From assembly GCF_018350175.1 (NCBI RefSeq), contig NC_058368.1, positions 230,456,001-230,520,000 of the forward strand: 64,000 nt of DNA, read 5' to 3'. The notes below the pieces were generated by a model. The model was not told the origin of the DNA. It ran no database searches and saw only the letters and a list, made by a program, of their open reading frames with translations. Both the position numbers and the translations under genes were made by a program. This stretch comes from Felis catus (lineage: Eukaryota). The stretch's first letter is position 1; the number at the start of each line of letters is the position of its first letter. Positions 14,446-25,275 of this stretch are shown here, in pieces.

Positions 14446-16224
14446 CATTTTTAAGACAGAAAGAGTAGAGAGTTTGAGCTCTGTGCTTACCCATGAAGCT
14501 TGTTAACTATGAACTTGACTTCAGGTGAGCAGGTAAGCATGAGCTGTTGTGATGGGGAATCCTTTAAGGATCTTGATGAGGAGAGCTTTTCGCTAAGGCT
14601 CAGATATCCACATTAGCTTTTCCATTTTCTTCCCGTGCAGTCAATCTCTTTGGAAAATATTCTTCTGAGTTGTTTATTTGTCTGCCCTTTAGGGAGGAGC
14701 CAGCAATTTTCTGGCTGCCGGGTATTTTTTCCACCTGGGTAGGAGTGGACAGTGTGGGGGCGAGGTGTTCTCTGCCCCCAGGCAGGAATGGATAATGAGA
14801 GGGTGGGCAGCTGCTTCCTTTGCATCAGTCACCCTTGGGTACCCTCCCTTCTCATTTCTACATTCCCTGTGCCTGCCTTCTCTGAGCATGAATCTTCCCT
14901 AGGTTCCACCAGGACAGGCAGTCACCACATTGGATCATTGGCATGGAGTCCCCTCTGTGTTCATCCTGGGCTGTGCTGGCTTCCATTGCAACTTCATCAG
15001 CCAACTCCCCTCCATCTGGTTTGCATCTTACAGAAACATGATAAAATGTCTCATCTGCTGGGTTACTCCTTCCATTCTCTTCTTTATTCCATTATGTCCC
15101 TATTAATAATCTCTTGCCTGCATGAATTCTGAACAGTTCCATAGATAAGACAAAGTGTGAATATTACTAAGTATTGTCTCTATTGCTGATAGAAGCCAAC
15201 GTGGAAGCATTTCTTTAGGTCTGTTAGCCAAGAGAGTTTACTATTGCAGAAAAAGTCTAGGGTGTAACATTAACTAAATACCCTTCATGGAAAGAGACAC
15301 TGGAATAGAGGGGAAGCATTTTCCCGACTAGCATCCTCCAACCTGTTTTTTTCTAATCCTATTGGCTGTGATCACCTAGAGGCATGGCTCATCTCTCCAA
15401 AGCAGGAGCTAAGCATTTTTCAAGGTAGCCTTTCCTCTATCTTCCTGGGTTTTTTGGTGATAATCTGGGACTCCTGGTGGGCATTTTATATATTATATTA
15501 AAAGGCACTGAAATGGATGCGGGTAGCACATCATTTAAATCAAATCCAGGGTCACTGTGTTCCCAAAGTGTAAAATTAAATCCCACACTTATTTCTTATC
15601 CCAAATAATGTCCACCATGTTGTCTAACATAGCATATCGGAGGTTCTTCCATAAGATTAAACAGCATCACAAAGATAAAAATGAATAGAGACGTTCCAAT
15701 AATGAAATGCCAGCAATGCAGAGATGCTTCGAATTTTAATATAAACCCCTCCAAATATCAAATTCCCAAGGAGAAATTAAAAATCAAAGTTTCAATCCAC
15801 TTTTATGTTGGAGTCCAAAGACATTAAAGTTCAAAGGAATTAAAACCTAAAAATCAATATCTCTTGCCATTGTGTGTTAAAGTTCAAAGTCTACAATTCT
15901 TAAGCTAACTAAAGTATAAAAATCATCCTCCCCAACCTTTCAATTCCTCGCAGCCTCTGCCAGAAGTCTTCACTGTCCCTCCATCCCTCTTTAGGTAGCT
16001 CAGAGCTACCTCACGCAGGAATTGTTGATATACTTTAAGGGCCTCAAAGATGCATTGCTCCAGTGTGAAATCCTACCCATGACTCTCCAGGGGTGTGAAC
16101 GCTGGCCCATGATGCGTCATCTTTAGAAAAGGAGCCATGCTAAGCCCTGAGAGCAGTTATCCCAACACAGGTGTGTACCCCAATAGCAGCCCCAGACAAG
16201 GCCATGACAGGTACCCAGTGAAGT

Positions 16225-16845
16225 CTGTATCTGTTACATTTTGCTGCTACAACATATTTCCACAAACCTAGCCACTGAAAACAATGCAGTTTATTATCTT
16301 CCAGTTCTGGAGGTTAGAAGTCCAACATAAGTCTCACCGTGCTAAAATCAGGATGTCGACAGGGCTGTGTTCCTTTCTGGAAACTTTAGGGTAGGTTGTT
16401 GCCTTTTCTGGCTACTGGAGCTGCCCACATTCCTGGACTGGATACCCACTTCCCCTGTTGGCTGGAAACCCACTTCCCTTGTTGACTGGAGACCCACTTC
16501 CCCTGTTGACTGAGACCCACTTCCCCTGTTGACTGAATACCCACTTCCCCTGTTGGCTGGAGACCCACTTCCCTTGTTGACTGGAGACCCACTTCCCCTG
16601 TTGACTGGAGACCCATTTCCCTTGTTGACTGGAGACCCACTTCCCCTGTCGTCAGAGCCAGCAGCATCACATCTCTGAGAAGTCTTCTGTAGGCACATTT
16701 CCCTCTGACTGCCGCCAGGAGTGAATCTCTAAGATAATCTGCCCGCCTTAAATTAATCACATTTTCAATAAAAGGTAACATATTCATAGCTAATGGGGAT
16801 TAGGGCATGGAAATTTTTGGAGGACCATTATTCTGCCAACCACAG
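16225..16845 (-). mobile_element. MaLR solo LTR (MLT1C/D-like) with an internal minisatellite
   Basis: tttattatcttccagttctggaggttagaagtcc...gctaaaatcaggatgtcgacagggctgtgttcctttctgga...gattagggcatgga...ccattattctgccaaccaca. Confidence 0.8.
16438..16650 (+). repeat. 24-bp minisatellite, 9 copies (consensus CTGGAGACCCACTTCCCCTGTTGA)
   Basis: Units read directly; one 23-bp unit, and the last unit is partial. Confidence 0.97.
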
Positions 16846-18309
16846 TATTTGAGGGAAGATGAGTAATTAGAGATCTTTTTGGATGTAGTCAGTCAGGAGA
16901 AGCCAGTCTGGTGGTGCCTGACTTCCAGGGTCCACCATCGGTGAGCTTAAATTGAATCAGGGGACAAAATCCAAGCAAAAGGTAGATTTTGGTGTCACGC
17001 ATTTACTGGTTGAAGGGAAGATTAATCCTTCCATGAAATTGGAAACATTGCTGCCCTCTTGCAACATTTAGATATTGGCAGTGGAAGCCACCCCAACACT
17101 AGGCATCTCAGCTGTGATTTGACCGGAAAAGCATGAGCAGTGTAGGTGATACAGTAAAGGGATTTATTATCTGGGTGAGACTTGGTACAATGTAGGAGCT
17201 AGTGAAGACGTCTGAGGAAGGCTGTGTTTGGTGCTGAATGTGAAGTTGATGTGGGTCAGGAGGTAGAGATCAGGATGACAAGCTCGATATGAAGAAGGGA
17301 AGCTCAGGAAGACCAGCTGGCACCTGTGAGGGTAGAGAGGCACCCTCTTCTGCCTCCCGTTGGCTGAATATTGGCCTCATGAGAAAAAACACAAAACCTG
17401 GCTCCTTTGGCCACGGCGTTCCACGCGTGCCTGCTGCAGGACATGGAGAGCTGACGAAGGAGAAGTAGTGAGAACAGCAGCTTTGCCGCTGGCCGCGGCC
17501 CCACACCCAGAAGGCAAGGCCATGAAAGTGCACACAGGCCACGGCAAAGCTTGGTGCCCTGGGCCTATAGCCGTCAGAGTGCAGCACCTGCTGCTTCCCT
17601 GGCACCTGCCAGGTTGCCTGCAGATTTCTCCTGTGGGCATCATTACCCTGGAAACTAGGAGGAAAGGGAATTCTGGGAGGCATCGTTCCAGCTCAGCTAG
17701 ACTGACACAGCACAACCGCCCCCTCTCGCCCCCCGCCGCCACCCCACGCCACACCGGGTCTTACTGAAGTGACTTCATTCCCTTCCTGCAGATTTGACAC
17801 CTCTGATTTTTAATTTCCTCTTTGGAGGTTGGGTTTCTTGGCTGTGCAGTGCCACACAGAGTGTGATCACTGTGTGGCACACCTCCACTGCCACATGTCA
17901 GTCCTCTGCCACCAGGGCTATTTCCCCGAGCTGTCCTGTGGAACCCTGACATTGTCTATCCCTACAAAGCCTGCAGAGTCTCCCTCAACAGAAACTCGGG
18001 CATCCGGGGGCACCTCTGCTCTGTGCCCGCTTGTCCCTGTTCCAGGCCCCGGGATCCACGCCTGCCGTCACCTCTTTCGGCTGCTCTCACTGGATGCCTC
18101 TCCTCCTCTGCTGCAATTTCCAGGAAGGTTCAGTTAAGTTTCCATCTGTTGAACTTGCTTCTGCATTTGGACTCTCTTTTTAGCGTGTTAGGGACAGCAG
18201 TGTTGGCTAGAATTGAGTCCTGCCTTCCTTTACTTTTCCTTTGCTTTCAAACATGAAAGCATGGCTCTGGCAGCAGCTTGCCTTTCTAGCGTCCCTCTAG
18301 ATTCCAGAA

Positions 18310-18520
18310 CAGGAATTGGCAAACCTTATCTGTAAAAGGCCAGATGATAACTATTTTAGCTCGTCGGCTATAACGTCTCTGTTACAACTACTCAATTCTA
18401 CCTTTGTTGGGTGAAAACAGCTATAGACAGTACATAAAAAATTGGATGTAGCTATGTTTCAATAAAACTTTATGTATAAAGGCAAATAGCTAGCCCTCAG
18501 GCCATAGTTTATAGAACCCT
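18310..18520 (+). mobile_element. MER58A-like hAT-Charlie non-autonomous DNA transposon
   Basis: caggaattggcaaac...ctgtaaaaggccagat...caactactcaattct...caataaaacttta...ggccatagttt...ccct. Confidence 0.75.
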
Positions 18521-21500
18521 CTACTACACCCGCTTTTACCCTCTTTTCCACACCAACTTCTGAACAAAATGAAGAAGGAAGCCACATTATCAAATCATTA
18601 CTCTTGGAAGTCAGATTGGAAGCCAGGTTCTAGGCCTGTTTACCAAGCGGGTTTGCTAATAATGAAGCCCAGAATTAGGCAGACGTATCCACTATTGCAC
18701 AGGCAGCAGCTGGGTCAGGGAAGCCTTCCTGTTCCTCTGACAGCCCCCCGGGACATATCCTGCGGAGACTAGAGGAACCAGAGTTTCCTCTGGCCACTCA
18801 TTCCCAGGAGGAAGAAGGACAGACAGAGCTGAGTCAACTGATGCATTGTTTGGACAAGTCCCTCCTCCTACCAGGGGAAGAGTGAGTGAGGGTCTGTGCT
18901 CCAGTAATCGTGCTCCATCCACAGGAAGGAAACAGCAGGCCTGAAGAATTCCGCAGCACTCCATCGAAGGGAAGAAGAGACAGGTGTTTGTGGTTGGTCT
19001 GCCACTTGCCCCCAACTCATTTCCTAATCCGCTACATAGCTCACACATTCTTTAGAGAGATGTCTGCTCTTGCCTCCTCTAAATTGTCATTTTCACCATA
19101 TTAGGGTTATCTCTCTATAGCAGATAGCCCGATTATAACCAAATGCGAACAGCAAAACTTACAACCCTCCACACAGCACTAGTTCTGATTCCTAATTTCC
19201 TCCCCAGCCAGGCCACATCTAACCAAGTTGGAAAATTCACACCATTACCTTCCTGCTCACCCCATTCTTAATTCTAGAGATTGAAGCCAGTCTGTAGGCT
19301 ATGAGTCTAATTCATTCATTCGTTAGACACATGTTTGTTGAGCATGTACTGGGTGGCAGTGAGGCGTAGGCCCTCTGGATACAGGTGTTTGGTGAATACC
19401 CAGGTACCTTCTAGCCATAGGCCATCCCTGGGGCATGGCCCTCTTCCTAATGGCCAAGATGGCGATGCTGGTGTTCAGGGAGCTAGGTGGAGGAAGGCAG
19501 AAATAAAAGACATAGCTGGAGGGGGTCTTGGGTTTCCGTTCATTTACATGTAAAGAAGTAGAAAAAATCAAAACTTTGAGTGTGATTTTAATATCCATTA
19601 ACCCAACTGTTGTGGAATGTTACAGACTTAACAGAGCCCTGCTCTCAGAGGGCTTGTGTTGTGGTGGACAAGACAGACAATAAACCTGTCATTTCAAGAA
19701 GCGCTATGATGAAAACTGGAGCACGCTAAGGAGATTAGAAAGTAATGGAAATTTATTACTTAGAATGAAGCTTCGCTTCAAGAAATGAAGCTCCAAATGA
19801 TGGTGTATGTTAGCTTAGATGGAAGTGTTCCAGTGAGCAAGACATTTTGATAGAAAGTGTTTGTTAAGGAGTTCTAGTTTATGTTATGGTAAAATATAGA
19901 CTTGTTGACTGTAGAAATCAGTATTAGAACCCTTCTTTATTACATATGCCACAGAGGAGGATACTGGTAGGTGTTTCCGGAGCTGATATGTTACGTTATT
20001 TCCTGTGTTTTACATTCTCATTGCTCCCTGATGTGCCTAACCTGAAAAGCACGGTATTCTTTGCATTCTTATGTTTCAAGACAGAATAAACATTCCTGAA
20101 CACCCGCCACTTACCAGTCATCATGCTGGGTGCCTTGAATATGCCCACAGGTCCCCAGAGGACGGGCTTAAAGGAGCTTGCTCAATGTCCCAGCTGGCAC
20201 GCAATACATTCCCTCACCCTCTGTTCCCGAAGCCTGTTCTCTCTATACTCTACCAATGATCTCCCAATTCCCCCAATCAAATGAAGATTTCTGGGCCCCA
20301 GATCTCGATGGTAATAGCCTGGGAATCCGTATTTTCACAAGACCCTCTGGAAGTTGTCATGATCGTGCACGTTTGAGGAACATCACTTTCTGCTCTCTCC
20401 AGGCCAGCAGTTACCACGGCGAGCAGCAGAGGGATGGGGGCGTGGGAGGCACAGGTATGTCTTGAGAGATGCCAGAACAATCTGTTGCAAGGAGTAATAA
20501 CTCCATTCTCCAAAGAAAATGTTCGGCTCGTTTCTCGTTTCTGCAAATTAGAATGAATTTGAAGTTACCTCTTCTTTCAGTGTGCCTGCTCACGTGAGAG
20601 AGAAGAAAGTGAGGGCACTTCTCACAAAGGCAGCAGCGGTCCCCTGTGACAGTCCGTCCCCTAACTGACAGCCAGCCGTAGGGAAGCAGCTGTCACCGAG
20701 GGTGCTGTTGACCGGGACGGGGCTTGCAACTCCCACGGTCTCCGTTTCCCTACAGAACCCGTGAGGGTTTCGTTAGAACCTCTGCACACCCATCCGAGCG
20801 CACCGTTCGGCACGCTCTCGAGGTAAATGTTGGATGTCCCCAGACTGCGTGAGGTTGCCTTCACTGCTCACCCCTAGGATCGCCGGTGCCGATGGTATGA
20901 AACACACCTGTGCTTACCTACCATTACGTTCCAGAGCAATGCTGAGACGTTGTAAAGGTTCACGGGAAAGGCTTGCCAAGGGCATTTCGTTTTGTTTTGT
21001 TTATTTGCCCGGATGGAAATGTACAGTGTATTTTACTTGTTCGGTGTGACAATGCATAACTGATTTGTGGCTCTACTTGGCGACTCACGAGTTACAAGTT
21101 AATTAGAAACACTTTTCCCTAATTATATTTGAGAGTTTGCTCTATTTGCTCTACAATTATCACAAAAATTACATTAACTAGTGTTAATGAACACAACGTC
21201 GAAATCCCCACTGGATCCTGGAGGAAAGGGGAGAATTAAAGAATGTGCACATCTCCTGCCCAACACCTGGTTTCCTTTTCAACAGATGTTTTTATTTGTT
21301 ATTCCCAATGAAATGTGCAAAATCAGCCTCCTTCCTGGTTGTCCCTCGGAGGATGAGACTCCACCTGGCGGGGGAGGAGCCACCGTTTTGTCTGCATGCG
21401 CTCAACCGTTCCCGTAGTGACTCACTCTCCCGGTGGGCTGCCTGTCAGGATCGGTGGCGTATTTGCCTTCACGGAAGCTGTGTGCCATCACCGCGGCATC

Positions 21501-22169
21501 CTCCCGAGGGACAGCCCCGAAGAAGAAGCTCTTTGGAATGATTTCCTAACTCAGGGACCTGCACCATGGAGACTTGTAATCCCAGAGAAATAGGGAAGTT
21601 GTCCTCGGCAGCTGGCCTTCCTGTCCACCTTTCTTTCCGGCGTGTGCCAGGTTATGTCCGAGCCCCAAGGAGTTGTCGATCAAGTGTGAGAGAGGGTACA
21701 TCCACGTGGATAACTGTTCTACAAAGTAAGCACTGAGACAGGGCTGGAAAAGCTTCAGGGAGGAAAGGGAATTCTCACTCTAGGGGATCAGGAAAGGCTT
21801 AATGAAGAAATTAATGTTTGTCGTGGGTTTGAAAGATGGACGGGAGTTTGGTTTTCAGATAATGAGAGCAAGAGCAGAAAACACACCCTGTGCTTACAGA
21901 AGGGCTCCTCCTTTCCTAAGAATAAATTCAATTGTGTCACTCCTGTGCGTGTGGGGGCGTCCCACATGCCACCCCATAGAGGGCAGGTGCCATCTGCATA
22001 TCTGCTGTGGCTACCTTCCTTGAATGCTGCCTGCTTCAGACAGTTCTGGTCTTCTGTCTTCATGCATATTTGCCTTTTAATCTAACACCCTCCAAGAAGC
22101 CAGGCGCCTCTTCTGGGGAAGGGGAGGAAGCAGTCGTGGGTGTCCCGCTTTATACTTCTTACATAACCT

Positions 22170-22403
22170 GAGATGCCTGGGTGGCTCAGCCAGTTAAGCC
22201 TCCAACTTGAGCTCGGGTCATGATGTCGCGGTTTGTGGGTTCAAGCCTCGCATTGGGCTCTGTGCTGACCGCTCAGAGCCTGGAGCCTACTTCGGATTCT
22301 GTCTCCCTGACTCTGTCCGTACCCTACTCGAGCCCTGTCTCTCTCTCTGGCTCTCAAAACTAAATAAATCAATGAATACACACTGAAAAATGTTTAAAAA
22401 AAT
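22170..22403 (+). mobile_element. Can-SINE
   Basis: gatgcctgggtggctcag head, cagagcctggagcct body, A-rich tail. Confidence 0.9.
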
Positions 22404-23127
22404 AATTCCCTATGTGACTTGATTTGCCTCACACAAATATTACTAGAAGTGCTCCCGGGGTCACATGGTATTAATTCACCATAGTGAGCAAGAATTCATT
22501 TGGGGTACAAATGACAGCTGTCCGACTGAAAAGTTTGGAGATTTCTTGCAGACACTTTGGAAATGTAGAAACTCAGGCATAACGCTATTCAGCACCTCAC
22601 ATGAAGCCGTCCCATAACAAACACATTTAGTACTTAAACTAAAGATACACATTAGGAAAAAGAGCCATTTGCTCTACACTCGGTGTAGCTTTCATGCATG
22701 TTGGATTTTTGTTTTTTTGAGAAAATGGATTTTCATTCATAAACTCAACTCCATTGTCAAGTGGCATACCTGGTCTGTTCACAAATAGAGTTTCTGAAGC
22801 CCATCTTTGTGGTTACTTCATTGAAAAATGAATACGTACTCTAATCTGCTTTCCAGATGTATTTCATAGTTAACCACATTTTACGTTCGTAAGTGTCAGC
22901 AGTAAGAAGGCTACTTCCATTCCTCACGTTTTATGTTAAAAGATTTGTTTTCAGATGAGGAGACATTGTCTTCCATGTTTTACTCTTCACTCAATATTCT
23001 TTCCATCGAGAGTTAGCGAGAGGCAGGAATATGCTCAGAAGTCTAAGACTGAGAAATACGGATTCCAAAGCGGTCAGAAAACACTTTTATTAACAAGAAG
23101 AAGCCTTAGATATTAGCGGTAGTGGTA

Positions 23128-23334
23128 TTTGTTTTGTTTCAGTTTTGACAGAGAGAGAGAGACAGAGCGTGAGCAGGGGAGGGGCAGAGAGAGAGGGAGA
23201 CACAGAATCCAAAGCAGGCTCCAGGCTCTGAGCCATCAGCACAGAGCCCGATGTGGGACTTCAACTCACAGACCATGAGATCATGACCCAAGCCAAAGTC
23301 GGACACCCAACCAACTGAGTGACCCAGGCACCCC
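23128..23334 (-). mobile_element. Can-SINE abutting an L1 fragment
   Basis: (GA)n tract, gcaggctccaggctctgagc, ending gacccaggcacccc. Confidence 0.92.
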
Positions 23335-25275
23335 TCTGACTTATTTCATTTAGCATTACGCCATCTAGGTCCATCCATGTTGTTGCAGATGTCAAGGTTT
23401 CATTCTTTTTTATGACCAAGTAATATTCCGTTTTGTGTATGTTGTATGTACACACTCACACACCTACACACCCACATACACAAACACACACATATCACAT
23501 CTTTACCCATCCACCCATGGATGGACACTTGGGTTGCTTCCATATCTTGGATATTGTAAATAATGATGCAGTAAACATAGAGGTGTATATATCTTTTTGA
23601 ATTAGGGTTTTTGTATTCTTTGGGTAAATACCCAATAGTGGAATTTTTGGATTGTGTGGCAATTCTGTTTCTAATTCTTTTTAAGAAACATCTGTACTGT
23701 TTTCCATAGTGGCTGCACCAACTTGCATTCCCACAGACAGCACGTGAGGGTCCCTTTTTCTCCACATCCTTGCCAACACTTATTATTTCTTGTAGTTTTG
23801 ATTCTAGCCATTTCGGTAGGTCTGAGCTAGTATCTCATTGTGGTTTTGATTTGCATTTCCCTGATGATGAGTGATGTTGAGCATCTTTTTACTGGTCGGC
23901 CATTTGTATATCTTCTTGGGGAAAAATGTCTATTCAAGTCTTCTGCACATTTTAAAAAATCAGATTGTTTTTTGGGTGTTGAGCTGTATAAGTTCTTTAT
24001 ATGTTTTGGATATTAACCTCTTATTGGATATGTCATTGCACATATCTTCTCCCATTCAGTAAGTTTCCTTGCTGTCTTGTTGATGGCTTCCATTGCTATG
24101 TGAAACCTTATTATTTGGTGTAGTCCCAATAGTTTATTTTTGCTTTTGTTTCCTTTGCCTGAGGAGACATATCTAGAAAAATGTTTCTATTGGCCGATGT
24201 CCGAGAAATTACTACCTATGTTTTCTTCTAGGAGTTTTATGATTTGATCACTACAGCTTTGTAGCATATCTTGAAATCTAGTATTGCAATACCTTTGGCT
24301 TCATTCTTCTTTCCTAAGATTGCCTTGCGATTCAGGATCTTTTGTGGTTTCATACAACTTTTAGGGTTATTTGTTCTAGTTCTGTGAAAACTGCTATTGG
24401 TACTTTGCTAAGGATTACATTAAATATGTAGATTGCTTGAGGGTAGTGTAGACATTTTAACAATATTGGTTCTTCAGTCCAGGAGCATGGAATATCTATC
24501 CACTTGTTTGTGTGTCACCTTCAATTTTTTATAGTTGTTGGAGTACAGGCCTTCTACCTCTTTGGTTACATTTCTTCCAGGTATTTTATTCTTTTTGGTG
24601 CAACTGTAAACAGAATTATTTTCTTACTGTTCTCTTTCTGCTACTTCATTATTAGCGTATAGAAATGCAACAGATTTCCGTGTATTGATTTTGTGCCCTG
24701 GGACCTTACTGAATTCATTTATCCATTCTACTGACTAGTTTTTTGGTGGAATCTTTAGGGTTTTCTATATATGGTATCATGCAGTCTGCAAATAGTGAAA
24801 GGTTTACTTCTTTACCAACTTGGATGCCCTTTTTCTCTTTTTCTTGTTTGATTGTTGCTGCTAGGACTTCCAGTACTCTGTAGAATAAAACTGATGAGAG
24901 TGAACACCCTTGTCTTGTTCCTGATCCTGAAGGACAAGCTCTCAGTTCTTCACCATTGAGTATGGTGTTCCTATATGTGGGGTTTTCATACATGTTCTTT
25001 ATTATGCTGAGATGTGCTCTCTCTAGGCCTACTTTATTGAGAGTTTTTATCATGAATGGATAGCATACTTTATCAAATGCGTTTTCTGCCCCTATCGAGA
25101 TGATACGTGGCTTTTGTCCTTTCTCTTATTGATGTGATGTATCACATTGATGGACTTGTGATTATTGACCCACCCTTGTGTCCCTGGAATAAATCTCACT
25201 TGATCATGGTGAATGATTTTTATAATGTATTCTTAGATTCAGTTTGCTAATATTTTGTTGAGGATTTATGCATCT
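23335..25275 (-). mobile_element. Carnivore LINE-1 fragment (decayed ORF2, RT to C-terminus)
   Basis: The minus-strand ORF at 24715-25053 contains SGTRQGCSLS...[18 protein letters not shown]...[22 protein letters not shown] (L1 RT). ORF2 C-terminal remnants lie near 23400-23900, with frameshifts and stops. Confidence 0.93.

Noticed and set aside
16348..16787. Regular repeat array resembling a CRISPR array, and repetitive peptide ORFs
   Set aside because: The units are head-to-tail with no unique spacers, in mammalian intronic LTR context. It is a minisatellite.
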